From Candidatus Latescibacterota bacterium (GTDB lineage Bacteria; Latescibacterota; UBA2968; UBA8231): DNA of 64,000 nucleotides. The translations under genes were made by a program, and so were the position numbers. The first letter of the stretch is position 1, and each line of letters begins with the position of its first letter. The stretch is taken from NCBI GenBank assembly GCA_965217585.1, contig OZ244561.1, positions 7,200,001-7,264,000 on the forward strand, given 5' to 3'. The notes beneath the pieces were generated by a model. That model saw nothing but the letters and a program-made list of their open reading frames with translations, was not told the origin of the DNA and did not search any database. This document shows, in pieces, positions 54,489 to 64,000 of this stretch.

Positions 54489-55400
54489 CTACTTGGCCCG
54501 CGCCTGTTTGCCGGCCTGGGCCTCATAGGCCTTGATCAGCGCCTGAGTCCCTTCCTCGGAGCAACCGGCGCGCTCGACGATGTTGAAGAACTGGTGCGCG
54601 ATGCTCACGGCCGGCAAGGCCAGCTTGACATCGTTGGCCGCCTGCAAGACCAACCTCAGGTCCTTTTGCTGCAAATAGACCATAAAGCCCGGATCAAAAT
54701 CGCCAGCGGCAATGCGCGGGCCTAAGTTGCTCAACTGCCAAGAGCCAGCCGCCCCACCGCTGATGGCGTCAATGACCTTCTGCACATCGAGGTCTGCCGC
54801 GGCCGCCAGCATCAGGGCCTCGGCCATAGCCATGTTGTTGACCGAAACCGCGATCTGGTTGCAGAGCTTGGTAGTCTGACCCGCGCCGTTGGAGCCGATC
54901 AGGTTGATATTCGTGCCCATCGCCTCAAAGACCGGCAGGCACTGATTAAAGACATCCTCGTCGCCGCCGACCATGATCGACAGGGTGCCGTTGATCGCGC
55001 CCACATCCCCGCCGCTGACGGGCGCGTCGAGCATGGCCACGCCCCGTTCCTGCAAGGCGGCAGCCACTTCGTGGGTGACCTTGGGCGAAACCGTGCTCAT
55101 ATCGATGACGACCGCGCCCACTTTGGCTCCGTGAATCGCGCCCTCCTCGCCCACGAGCACGGCCTCCATATCGGGCGTGTCCGTGACGATGCTGATGATG
55201 ACGTCCGCACCCGTCGCCGCCTCTTTGGGCGAGCCGACGCGCACGCCACCGGCCGCGACGACTTCGTCAACGCGCGGCCGGTCGCTGCGGTTGTACACGT
55301 TGAGCTGATAACCGGCTGCGAGCAGGTTCTTGGCCATAGGCACGCCCATGATCCCCAAGCCGATAAAGCCGATTTGCGTTTGCCCCGGTGCTGCTGACAT
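54489..55400 (-). CDS. Beta-hydroxyacid dehydrogenase (tartronate semialdehyde reductase/HIBADH family)
   Basis: GFIGLGIMG, DMSTV, DAPVSGG, KLCNQI, KDLRL. Confidence 0.9.
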   Translation of the reverse strand: MSAAPGQTQIGFIGLGIMGVPMAKNLLAAGYQLNVYNRSDRPRVDEVVAAGGVRVGSPKEAATGADVIISIVTDTPDMEAVLVGEEGAIHGAKVGAVVIDMSTVSPKVTHEVAAALQERGVAMLDAPVSGGDVGAINGTLSIMVGGDEDVFNQCLPVFEAMGTNINLIGSNGAGQTTKLCNQIAVSVNNMAMAEALMLAAAADLDVQKVIDAISGGAAGSWQLSNLGPRIAAGDFDPGFMVYLQQKDLRLVLQAANDVKLALPAVSIAHQFFNIVERAGCSEEGTQALIKAYEAQAGKQARAK

Positions 55401-55414
55401 GATCCCTCTCCAAT

Positions 55415-57235
55415 CTAAAACGTGAAAAAGCGATGTCTGTTGTCCTCGATCTCGGCCGTCTCGTACAGGTGCGCGAACCAGTTCTGCACAGCCTCCTGCC
55501 CGCGCTGGGCCTGAAGCTGAGCGACGACCTGCTCGCGCTGCGCGGCGAATTGCTCCTCATCTACCGGCATCTTCTCCAGCAGCCTCAGCAGGTAAGCGCC
55601 TCGCTGGCCGCCCTCGGTGACCTCGATCACTGCGCTGAGCTGACCCTCTTCCAAGCGAAAAGCTGCGCCGATCACCGCGTTGCTGCGGCCTAGATCCGCC
55701 ACCGATTCGGTGCGCGCAAAAGCCTCTGGGGTGTGCCACTCCAGCCCGGCGTTTTGGGCTGCCTGCGCCAAGGTGGCCCCGGCTTCTACTTCCCGCCGCA
55801 CGGCCTCTAACCGGGCCGCGGCGCGGGCGGCCTTTTTGCGCGCGCGCACCAACGGCTCAAGCTGGTCCTTTAGCTCGTCCAAGGGCACTACGCCCTCAGG
55901 GCGTTTGGCCACTAGATGCGCCACCCATAGCCCCAAGTCGTCCTCGATGACTTGGCTGACAGCCCCGGGCTCTTGTTCAAAAAACCAGTTGACGAGCCAA
56001 GTGGTGTTCGCGCTGATGCCCGGCACGGCTTGGCTCTTTTGCAGGAAATTCGTGGGGGTCGTCTCGATGCCAGAGGCCGTGAGCGCGGCCGCGAACCCCT
56101 CGGCCGCGGCCTGCTCTTGGAACGCCTCGGCCCGGCTGCGCAGGCTGTCCTCGGTCGTGCGCGACGGCTGGTGTCTGAGCAGGATGTGGCGGGCGTGTAC
56201 CTTCTCCTCGCCGCTTTCCTCCAAGCGTTCTTCCACCTTGATCAGATGCCAGCCATAGCGCGTCTGCACCGGCTCGGAGAGTTCGCCAGCCGCCAAGGCG
56301 AAAGCCGCTTCCTCAAAGGGCGCGACCATCCGGCCGCGAGCAAAAAAACCAAGGTCGCCGCCTTGGGCGGCTGAGCCTTCGTCGTCGGAGACCACGGCGG
56401 CCAACTCGGCGAAATCCTTACCGACCTCAATCTCTTGGCGGATTCGCTCGATCTCCTCTTTAGTCTCCAGCGAATCCGCCGCACTGGGCTCCTTGAGAAA
56501 GCGCGCGTACTCCAGCTTTACCTGGTCGGGGTGCTCGTAGTCGGCCACGTGCTCTTGGTAGTAGGCAGCCAAATCTTCGTCTGCGACCTCGATCTCGTCA
56601 TCCGGGGCGTCGCTGGGGGCGAATGCGTATTCGATGCGCACTTTTTCGTTGGCCTCGGCAAAGTGATGGCGCGCCTCGTTGGGACTCACCTGTGCAGTGC
56701 CCCGCAGCATTCGCTGTAGCCTGTAATCGAGCAATTGCCGCTCAATCGTGCTCTCGATCCACATTACTAAGGCTTGGTTGTTGGGATCGCTGAGATTGGC
56801 CGGATTGCCGATGAACTGGACGTACTTGTCCATGTCGAACGCACCGTCGGTCTGAAAGACCTCGAATTCGCGCACGGCCTGCGGGGGCTTGTTCCGCGTG
56901 TAAAAGGCGATTTCCCCGTCGGTCACCTCGAAGCCCAAGCGCTCGTACTCTTGGGTCAGGATGATCTCGCGGACATAGTAGTCCCACACTTGCCGCACGA
57001 GCAGGGCCTGATCGCCGCGCTGCTCCTGCGGCATCTGGCGCGCTACCCGCCGCAGCGCGTCTTGGAACTCCTGGAGAGAAATGGTCTCGCCATTGATCAC
57101 GCCGACCGCATCGCCGGCACTGTTGGTGCTCGGACCCGAGTAGTCGGCTCCCCATTCGACGACGATCAAGCCGATAAAGGCGAATATCACAAACCACAGG
57201 ACGAACACCGTCTTTTGGCGCAACAAAGTCATCAT
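55415..57235 (-). CDS. Membrane-anchored periplasmic chaperone/PPIase (PpiD/SurA-like)
   Basis: N-terminal [52 protein letters not shown]. Confidence 0.88.
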   Translation of the reverse strand: MMTLLRQKTVFVLWFVIFAFIGLIVVEWGADYSGPSTNSAGDAVGVINGETISLQEFQDALRRVARQMPQEQRGDQALLVRQVWDYYVREIILTQEYERLGFEVTDGEIAFYTRNKPPQAVREFEVFQTDGAFDMDKYVQFIGNPANLSDPNNQALVMWIESTIERQLLDYRLQRMLRGTAQVSPNEARHHFAEANEKVRIEYAFAPSDAPDDEIEVADEDLAAYYQEHVADYEHPDQVKLEYARFLKEPSAADSLETKEEIERIRQEIEVGKDFAELAAVVSDDEGSAAQGGDLGFFARGRMVAPFEEAAFALAAGELSEPVQTRYGWHLIKVEERLEESGEEKVHARHILLRHQPSRTTEDSLRSRAEAFQEQAAAEGFAAALTASGIETTPTNFLQKSQAVPGISANTTWLVNWFFEQEPGAVSQVIEDDLGLWVAHLVAKRPEGVVPLDELKDQLEPLVRARKKAARAAARLEAVRREVEAGATLAQAAQNAGLEWHTPEAFARTESVADLGRSNAVIGAAFRLEEGQLSAVIEVTEGGQRGAYLLRLLEKMPVDEEQFAAQREQVVAQLQAQRGQEAVQNWFAHLYETAEIEDNRHRFFTF

Positions 57236-57252
57236 AAGCTATCGTTCTCCTA

Positions 57253-58281
57253 CTATCTTGCGTTTTTTTCGTTAGCCTCAGCAGCCAGCCGGTTCTTCAG
57301 CTCCGCAGGATAGCGGAGCAGACAGGCCGTGCTGTGGCCGCCACCCAGATCGACGAGGCGCGGCACGACGCGGGTGCAGATCGCTTGGCGCTCTGGGCAG
57401 CGCGGGTGAAAGGGGCATCCCGAGGGCACGGCCGCCGGATTGGGCGCGTCGCCCTCCAAGAGGACGCGCTGCCGCTTAGTCTGTGGGTCGGGCGCGGGCA
57501 CGGCCGCGAGCAGTGCCCGCGTATAGGGATGAGACGGCTGGCGGTAGAGCTGATCGCGAGCCGCCACTTCGACTACGCGACCCAAGTACATCACCGCCAC
57601 CCGATCTGAAATGTGGCGCACCACGCTCAAGTCGTGGGCAATAAACATATAGGTTAAGCCTAAATCGCGCTGTAGGTCTTGCAGCAAGTTGATGATCTGG
57701 GCTTGTACCGAAACGTCCAGCGCGGACACTGGCTCGTCGGCGACGATAAACTGCGGCTGCACCGCCAAGGCGCGGGCAATGCCAATGCGCTGGCGTTGCC
57801 CGCCGGAAAACTCGTGCGGGTAGCGCCGCACGCAATCCGCCGGCAACCCGACCATCTCCAGCAACTCCCCCACCCGCTCGGCCAACTCGGCGCGCTCGGC
57901 AAGGCCGTGGACCTTCAGGGCCTCGCCGATAATGCCGCCCACCGTCATTCGCGGATTGAGCGACGCATACGGGTCTTGGAAGATGATCTGCATGTCCCGC
58001 CGCTGCCGCCGCATGGCCTCCTTGCCCAACCCCAACAAGTCCACTCCGGCAAAGAGCACTTGCCCGGCCGTGGCCTCGATTAGCCGCAGCATGAGCCTCC
58101 CCAGCGTGGTCTTGCCGCAGCCGCTCTCGCCGACTACGCCCAAGGTCTCGCCGCGCCCAATCGCCAGATTGACCCCGTCAACGGCCTTGACGTGGGCCTG
58201 CACCCGGCTCCAAAGCCCCCGGCGCACAGGGAAGTGTTTTTTGAGTCCTTTGACCTCGACCAAAGGCACAGCTTGGCTCAT
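57253..58281 (-). CDS. Oligopeptide/dipeptide ABC transporter ATP-binding protein (OppF/DppF-like)
   Basis: [46 protein letters not shown]. Confidence 0.93.
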   Translation of the reverse strand: MSQAVPLVEVKGLKKHFPVRRGLWSRVQAHVKAVDGVNLAIGRGETLGVVGESGCGKTTLGRLMLRLIEATAGQVLFAGVDLLGLGKEAMRRQRRDMQIIFQDPYASLNPRMTVGGIIGEALKVHGLAERAELAERVGELLEMVGLPADCVRRYPHEFSGGQRQRIGIARALAVQPQFIVADEPVSALDVSVQAQIINLLQDLQRDLGLTYMFIAHDLSVVRHISDRVAVMYLGRVVEVAARDQLYRQPSHPYTRALLAAVPAPDPQTKRQRVLLEGDAPNPAAVPSGCPFHPRCPERQAICTRVVPRLVDLGGGHSTACLLRYPAELKNRLAAEANEKNAR

Positions 58282-59258
58282 GCGTCCCCCGCCTTCCAAC
58301 AACTCGCCCAATGTCCGGCCTCAACTTCCTCTAGCGGCGGCGCTTCAGCCCGACAGTGGGCGTCGGCCAGCGGGCAGCGCGGAGCAAAGCGACACCCCTG
58401 TGGGAAGGCGCGAGCGTCGGGCACCACGCCCGGGATAATGTCCAATCGCTCCTGCTCGTCGTCCAGCCGCGGAATCGAGCGCAGCAAGCCGCGCGTATAA
58501 GGATGTTGCGGGCGGGCAAAGAGCGCTTGCGTTTCCGCGTGTTCGACGATTTGGCCGGCGTACATGACCGCCACTTGGTCGGCGGTCTCGGCGATCACCC
58601 CGAGGTCGTGGGTGATCATCACAATCGCCATTTGCAGGGATTCTTGCAGCGACTCCAACAGCGCGAGGATCTGCGCTTGGATCGTCACGTCGAGGGCCGT
58701 GGTCGGCTCGTCGGCAATCAGCACGTCTGGGTTGCACGACAGCGCCATGGCGATCATCACCCGCTGGCGCATCCCACCTGACAGTTGGTGGGGATATTCG
58801 TCGATCCGCTGTTCGGGCGCTGGGATCCTCACCAGATGCAGCATCTCGATCGCCCGGGTGCGCGCTTCCTGCATGGGGACCTGCTGGTGCAGGACCACGG
58901 CCTCGGCGATCTGGAACCCGCAGGTCAGCACCGGGTTGAGGCTCGTCATCGGCTCTTGGAAAATCATCGCGATGTCGTCGCCGCGCACTCGGCGCATCCC
59001 CTCCTCGTCCAGCGCGAGCAAGTCGCGCCCCTTGAGCAGGATCTGCCCGGCCTCAATGCGTCCCGGTGGATCGGGCACCAAGCGCATGATCGAGAAGGCG
59101 CTGACGCTCTTGCCGCAGCCGCTTTCGCCGACTAGCCCCAGCGTCTGGCCCCGCCCCACCGCAAACGACACCCCATCGACGGCACGGGCAACGCCTTCTT
59201 CCGTGTGGAAGTAGGTCCGCAAATCGCGGACCTCTAACAGGGGATCCTGCGCGATCAT
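58278..59258 (-). CDS. Oligopeptide/dipeptide ABC transporter ATP-binding protein (OppD/DppD-like)
   Basis: [37 protein letters not shown]. Confidence 0.93.
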   Translation of the reverse strand: MIAQDPLLEVRDLRTYFHTEEGVARAVDGVSFAVGRGQTLGLVGESGCGKSVSAFSIMRLVPDPPGRIEAGQILLKGRDLLALDEEGMRRVRGDDIAMIFQEPMTSLNPVLTCGFQIAEAVVLHQQVPMQEARTRAIEMLHLVRIPAPEQRIDEYPHQLSGGMRQRVMIAMALSCNPDVLIADEPTTALDVTIQAQILALLESLQESLQMAIVMITHDLGVIAETADQVAVMYAGQIVEHAETQALFARPQHPYTRGLLRSIPRLDDEQERLDIIPGVVPDARAFPQGCRFAPRCPLADAHCRAEAPPLEEVEAGHWASCWKAGDA

Positions 59259-60031
59259 GCGCTGTCCCTTTCCCAGACCGCAGCCCGGCGCATTTCGTCT
59301 GCGGCCAGCGTGCCCCAGCGCATTGTTGCGCCGAGTTGGCGTCTAAAGCCCTCGACCAAGCAATCGACCAACTCGGCCCGGTCGATTGGCCGCCCCATGC
59401 AGGACTGCAAATTTGTGCTGTGCGCTCGTACCTGCCGGGTCCACTTTTGCCGCGCGCCTTCGTCAACTCGCATAAGTTGTGGCAGGCGCTCGTGCGCCCG
59501 GCCGAGCAAGATTGACCCATGTTGCAGCAAGCGACGTCCGTAGCGCCGCTGTGCGCTGCCGACCAGCTTGCGCTGCTGGCACTTGAGCTCCCAGCGCGCC
59601 GTGCTGCCAAAACAAGGACCCGACCGCGAGACCCCAACGCAACGGCCGGCCTTTTCCAACTCCACAGGAGCCCCGAAAAGCCGCAGCCCCTCGGCCAAGC
59701 ACGCGCCGATCTGGCGGTGCGTGGCCTCTATCCCGCCGCCCGCGACCAATACCTCCGCAACGCAGGCGACGCTGTAGGTCAATTCCTCCCAGTGCAGTAC
59801 CGCGCGCCCGCCTGTGGGCCGGCGCACCAAGTCAATGCCCAGTGCGCGGCAGGCTTCTACATTGGCCTCGCGCTCGGGTTGCTGATTCCAGCCGCAGGAG
59901 ACGGCCGGCGGGTCCCAGCCGTAGAAGCGCAGCACCGGGCCTTGGGCCGCGGCGGCGAGGACCTGATCGACTCCCATGTTGTACGCGCCACAGTTCGCAC
60001 CCGTATCGACGACGCGCCAAGCAAAATTCAT
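59255..60031 (-). CDS. Lipoate-protein ligase family (LipM-like octanoyltransferase)
   Basis: [41 protein letters not shown]. Confidence 0.88.
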   Translation of the reverse strand: MNFAWRVVDTGANCGAYNMGVDQVLAAAAQGPVLRFYGWDPPAVSCGWNQQPEREANVEACRALGIDLVRRPTGGRAVLHWEELTYSVACVAEVLVAGGGIEATHRQIGACLAEGLRLFGAPVELEKAGRCVGVSRSGPCFGSTARWELKCQQRKLVGSAQRRYGRRLLQHGSILLGRAHERLPQLMRVDEGARQKWTRQVRAHSTNLQSCMGRPIDRAELVDCLVEGFRRQLGATMRWGTLAADEMRRAAVWERDSA

Positions 60032-60789
60032 TAGAGCACGTCCAAACTCTCGAGGGCGTCCTTGGCCGCCATCTGTTGCGCCTCCTTCTTGCTCCGCCCC
60101 TGGCCCCAACCCATGCGCTGGCCGGTGATGCACACTTCGACGCTGAAGATCTTGTCGTGGTCAGGCCCCTCCTCTGCGTGGACCAAGTAGCGGGGGTGAC
60201 CATTGCCCATGCTCTGCGAGTATTCGAGCAACTTGCTCTTGAAGTTGACGTACGCGTCCTGGTGGACTATTTGATGAAAATCCGCGAGCACCGCGCACCG
60301 AACAAAGGAGCGGGCGGCTTCCAAGCCACCGTCGAGATAGATGGCCCCAATCAGCGACTCCAAAGCGTCGCAGAGGATCGACGGCTGCTGCCCGCCGTTG
60401 GCCTCGCGCTCGTCCGTGCTCAGCAACACAAAGGCCCCCACCCCAAGGCGGTCCGCCTGGAGCGCCAGCACCGTGCGGCTGACCAACAGCGACTTCATCT
60501 GGGTCAAATCGCCCTCGCCCTTGTCCTCAAAGCGGCGAAAGAGGTATTCGGTGACCAACAGCTCCAGTACGGCGTCGCCGAGAAATTCGAGCCGCTCGTT
60601 CGACTCGATGCGGTCGCTGCCCTCCTCAGCGTACACATACGATCGATGCTTGAGGGCTTTGACCAACAAATTCTTGTCCTTAAAGTAGTAGCCCAACCGA
60701 TTTTCAAGGGCGCGCCGCGAACCCAAGGCAAGCTTTTCTGGGTCGACCGTCGGCTTGCAGCGATTCCAAAGGGTTGAAATCCAGCTCAT
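60031..60789 (-). CDS. rnc: Ribonuclease III
   Basis: ALKHRSY, NERLEFLGDAVL, DALESLIGAIYLD; dsRBD GPDHDKIF...GRSKKEAQQMAA. Confidence 0.96.
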   Translation of the reverse strand: MSWISTLWNRCKPTVDPEKLALGSRRALENRLGYYFKDKNLLVKALKHRSYVYAEEGSDRIESNERLEFLGDAVLELLVTEYLFRRFEDKGEGDLTQMKSLLVSRTVLALQADRLGVGAFVLLSTDEREANGGQQPSILCDALESLIGAIYLDGGLEAARSFVRCAVLADFHQIVHQDAYVNFKSKLLEYSQSMGNGHPRYLVHAEEGPDHDKIFSVEVCITGQRMGWGQGRSKKEAQQMAAKDALESLDVL

Positions 60790-60818
60790 CAGCCTAATTC
60801 CCGATTGAAAACCTCGTT

Positions 60819-60854
60819 TGCACGGGGAGTGCACGGGGAGTACTCGGGGAGTGC
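60819..60854. repeat. 11-bp tandem repeat x3 between fabF and rnc
   Basis: tgcacggggag tgcacggggag tactcggggag tgc. Confidence 0.85.
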
Positions 60855-60855
60855 G

Positions 60856-62115
60856 TCAGCCGGTGAAGCGACCAAACACCAGCGCCACGTTGTGGCCGCC
60901 AAAGCCAAAGGAGTTGTTGAGGGCGTAGTTTACCTGCACGCGGCGCGCCTCGTTGGGCACGTAGTCGAGGTCGCATTCGGGATCGGGGTTTTCGTAGTTG
61001 ATCGTCGGCGGCAGAACCCCGCATTTGAGCGCCATGATGCAGGCGATGCTCTCGATGGCCCCGGCTGCACCCAACAAATGCCCAGTCATCGACTTGGTCG
61101 AACTTACGGCCACGCTGTCGGTGTGGCCGACGAAGACCGTCTTGAGCGCCGCGGTCTCCTGGTGGTCGCCCATGGGCGTCGAGGTGCCGTGGGCATTGAC
61201 GTACCCAATGTCGCTCGGTTCCAAGCCCCCGTCCTGCAGCGCGATGCGGATGGCCCGCGCACCGCCCTCGGCCTCTGGCGCCATCGCCGTTTGGTGATAG
61301 GCGTCGGCGGTAAAACCCAGCCCGAGAAATTCCCCGTAGATCTCGGCCCCGCGCCTCTGGGCGTGCTCCAATTCCTCCAAGATGACGGCTCCAGCCCCTT
61401 CGCCGAGCACGAAGCCATCGCGCTCAGCGTCAAAGGGTCGGCTGGCCCGCTCGGGCTCGTCGTTGCGCGTCGATAGGGCCTTGGCCGAGGAAAAGCCAGC
61501 CGTGGAGATGGGGGTGACGGCCGCTTCCGAACCGCCGGTCACCATCACGTCGGCTTCCCCGTACTGGATCTTGCGCGCCGACTCGCCGAGGGCGTGGGCG
61601 GCTGACGAACAGGCCGACACCGTGGCGTAGTTAGGCCCTTTGGCCCCCAGCTCCATGGAGATCACGCCCGGGGCCATGTCGGAAATCATCATGGGCACGT
61701 AGAACGGGCTGATGCGCTTGGGTCCTTTCTCCATCAGGATGGTGTGCTGTTGTTCGTGGGTCTGAATCCCGCCGATGCCCGAGCCCCAGATGACGCCCAC
61801 GCGCTCGGGGTCCACTGCTTCCATGTCGAGCTGAGCGCGGCCGGCCGCCTCCTTGGCCACGCAGACTGCGTAGTGCGTGAAGGCGTCGTTGCGGCGCACA
61901 TCCTTGCGGTCCATGACCGCCTCCGGGTCGAAATCCTTGACCTCGGCGGCGATCGTAGTCCGGTGTTGGGAAGCGTCGAACTTGGTGATCGGCCCGACCC
62001 CAGAGCGGCCGGCTAGGAGGGCGTCCCAGAACGTCGGCAGGTCGTTGCCATTGGGCGCTAAAACCCCCAAGCCCGTGACGACGGCTCGGCGCCTCTGCAC
62101 TGGAGTTCCGTTCAC
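60856..62115 (-). CDS. fabF: 3-oxoacyl-ACP synthase II
   Basis: [40 protein letters not shown]. Confidence 0.96.
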   Translation of the reverse strand: MNGTPVQRRRAVVTGLGVLAPNGNDLPTFWDALLAGRSGVGPITKFDASQHRTTIAAEVKDFDPEAVMDRKDVRRNDAFTHYAVCVAKEAAGRAQLDMEAVDPERVGVIWGSGIGGIQTHEQQHTILMEKGPKRISPFYVPMMISDMAPGVISMELGAKGPNYATVSACSSAAHALGESARKIQYGEADVMVTGGSEAAVTPISTAGFSSAKALSTRNDEPERASRPFDAERDGFVLGEGAGAVILEELEHAQRRGAEIYGEFLGLGFTADAYHQTAMAPEAEGGARAIRIALQDGGLEPSDIGYVNAHGTSTPMGDHQETAALKTVFVGHTDSVAVSSTKSMTGHLLGAAGAIESIACIMALKCGVLPPTINYENPDPECDLDYVPNEARRVQVNYALNNSFGFGGHNVALVFGRFTG

Positions 62116-62351
62116 GCCTTGCTATTCTCTTCTAGATATTTAATCGCGTCGGCTACGACCGCCATCTTCTCGGCGTCCTCGTCCGGGATGTCGATCCCGA
62201 ATTCCTCCTCAAAGGCCATGACCAGCTCGACGGTATCGAGCGAGTCGGCCCCCAAGTCGTCGATGAAAGATGCTTGGGGATTTACTTGATCCTGGCTCAC
62301 GCCGAGCTGTTCGACGACCAGATCTCTCACGCGCTCTTCAATAGAAGCCAT
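62112..62351 (-). CDS. acpP: Acyl carrier protein
   Basis: [20 protein letters not shown]. Confidence 0.97.
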   Translation of the reverse strand: MASIEERVRDLVVEQLGVSQDQVNPQASFIDDLGADSLDTVELVMAFEEEFGIDIPDEDAEKMAVVADAIKYLEENSKA

Positions 62352-62461
62352 GGTGTGTTCCTCTTGGGATAGGAGTGAACTGTTTTACCGCTGAGGCGAA
62401 TAGCCTGCGGTCTTAAAATTAGGGTCTAAATATAGGTGATGAACAATTTTTTTAATAGCCA

Positions 62462-63208
62462 TCACATCGCCATGCCGCCGTCCACGGACAAAACCTGACC
62501 GGTGATATAGGAGGCTTGATCCGACGCTAGGAACGCCACGGCGTGGGCCACGTCTTCTGGCGTCCCCGCGCGGCCCAGCGGCACCGTGGCAATCATCTGC
62601 TCCTGCTGCTGGTCCGTCAACCCGTCCGTCATGCCCGTTTCCGGCACCAGCCCCGGGGCCACGGCATTGGCGGTGATCCCGCGCGAGGCCAGCTCTCGCG
62701 CCAAGCTCTTAGTCAGACCGATCAACCCGGCCTTGGACGCGGCGTAGTTGGCTTGGCCAGCGTTGCCCAGCAAACCCACGACTGAAGTAATGTTGACGAT
62801 CCGCCCGCCGCGGGCCTTGAGCATGGGGCGCACCGCCGCCCGAACGCAATTGAAGGCACCTTTGAGGTTGATCGCCAAGACCTCGTCCCAATCCTCCTCT
62901 TTCATCCGCATCAGCAAATTGTCGCGGGTGACGCCGGCGTTGTTGACCAGCACATCCAGCCGGCCCAATTCCGCGATCGTCGCCGCCACCAACTCGGCCG
63001 CCTGCTCGGCGTCGGCGACATCGGCCTGACGCACGAGGCAGCGGCGGTCCAGTGCCTCAATGGCCGTGGCTACTTCGCCAGCCGCCGCAGTGTTGCGGGC
63101 GCAGATTGCCAAGTCCGCGCCCTCTGCGGCCAAGCGCAGGGCAATGGCCCGGCCAATGCCCCGCGACCCACCCGTCACCAGCGCGACTTTTCCGTCCAAG
63201 AGACCCAT
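62462..63208 (-). CDS. fabG: 3-oxoacyl-ACP reductase
   Basis: TGGSRGIG, NNAGVTRD, GNAGQANYAASKAG; between fabD and acpP. Confidence 0.95.
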   Translation of the reverse strand: MGLLDGKVALVTGGSRGIGRAIALRLAAEGADLAICARNTAAAGEVATAIEALDRRCLVRQADVADAEQAAELVAATIAELGRLDVLVNNAGVTRDNLLMRMKEEDWDEVLAINLKGAFNCVRAAVRPMLKARGGRIVNITSVVGLLGNAGQANYAASKAGLIGLTKSLARELASRGITANAVAPGLVPETGMTDGLTDQQQEQMIATVPLGRAGTPEDVAHAVAFLASDQASYITGQVLSVDGGMAM

Positions 63209-63209
63209 A

Positions 63210-64000
63210 TTATTCCGCTCCTTTTGCGGCGGCGACTTCTTCAACGGTACCCGCCAGTGCGACCGCGAGCTTGGGCACGGTGCGACGCACCAGCCCCCTT
63301 ATCACAGCCCCCGGCCCCACTTCAAAAGCGCGGTTGATACCCATATCGGCCAGCCGGTGCATCGTCGCGTTCCAGCGAACCGGGCCAGTGATCTGATGGA
63401 TCAGGTGCAGTCGCAGTTTTTCTGGGTCTTCTACGGGTGCAGCCGAGACATTGGTCAACACCGGCACGCGCGGCCGCGCAAAGGGCACCGCCTGTAACAG
63501 CGACTCCATCTCCACGGCCGCCGACGCCATAAGTGGCGAGTGAAAAGCTCCACTGACGGCCAATTCGACGACGCGCCGAGCGCCGGCTTGGGTGGCCAAC
63601 TCGCCCACCCGTGTCACCGCGGCCCGCTCACCCGACACCACGACTTGGCCTGGAGCGTTAAAATTGGCGGCCACTACGATCCCCACATCGGCTACCTGTT
63701 GGCACAGGGCCATGACGTGGTCATCTTCCAAACCGATCACCGCCCCCATCGTCCCCGGCCACTCTCGGCCAGCTTCCTTCATCAACCTGCCACGCGTACC
63801 CACGAGTGTCAGGGCCTCCGCAAAGGAGAACACTCCGGCCGCCACCAGCGCTGAGTATTCCCCAAGGCTGTGTCCGGCTACGGCCACAGGCTGTAATCCG
63901 GCGGCGGCGAGCAATTCGCTAACGGCGACGCTGTGGACGAAGACGGCCGGCTGCGTAACGTTGGTTTGCGCCAGTTGCTCGACCGGCCCCTCAAAGCAAA
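63210..64000 (-). CDS. fabD: Malonyl-CoA:ACP transacylase (5' end outside window)
   Basis: TQPAVF, AGHSLGEY, ANFNAPGQVVVSG, SGAFHS, EVGPG. Confidence 0.94.
   Translation of the reverse strand, partial: CFEGPVEQLAQTNVTQPAVFVHSVAVSELLAAAGLQPVAVAGHSLGEYSALVAAGVFSFAEALTLVGTRGRLMKEAGREWPGTMGAVIGLEDDHVMALCQQVADVGIVVAANFNAPGQVVVSGERAAVTRVGELATQAGARRVVELAVSGAFHSPLMASAAVEMESLLQAVPFARPRVPVLTNVSAAPVEDPEKLRLHLIHQITGPVRWNATMHRLADMGINRAFEVGPGAVIRGLVRRTVPKLAVALAGTVEEVAAAKGAE

Noticed and set aside
60819-60854. CRISPR array
   Set aside because: Units are 11 bp and contiguous, with no spacers and no cas genes.

Overview
GC-rich bacterial chromosomal segment. Three DUF6785/6784-type membrane proteins, FlgD-Ig/T9SS-type sorting domains, a dockerin fusion, many carbohydrate-type enzymes and a TonB receptor suggest a diderm FCB-group organism such as Latescibacterota/Gemmatimonadota; this taxonomy is inference only. 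Recognisable blocks: (i) a complete N-methylglutamate methylamine pathway, mgsABC-gmaS-mgdABC-mgdD (24356-38871), interrupted twice by defence/TA-type cargo; (ii) trkAH and rhaM; (iii) a housekeeping run fabD-fabG-acpP-fabF-rnc-lipoate ligase-oligopeptide ABC ATPases-PpiD-like-hydroxyacid dehydrogenase-nadK; (iv) several AT-richer islets with candidate defence genes (HEPN-motif pair, PIN-like plus PD-(D/E)XK trio, orphan methyltransferase, RloA-like ATPase, MazEF, orphan HigA). The window has many deletion or truncation scars, and in several two-gene modules the toxic partner is broken while the protective partner is intact. No rRNA, tRNA, CRISPR array, transposase or integrase was recognised. 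All family calls come from motif recognition by eye, not database searches.
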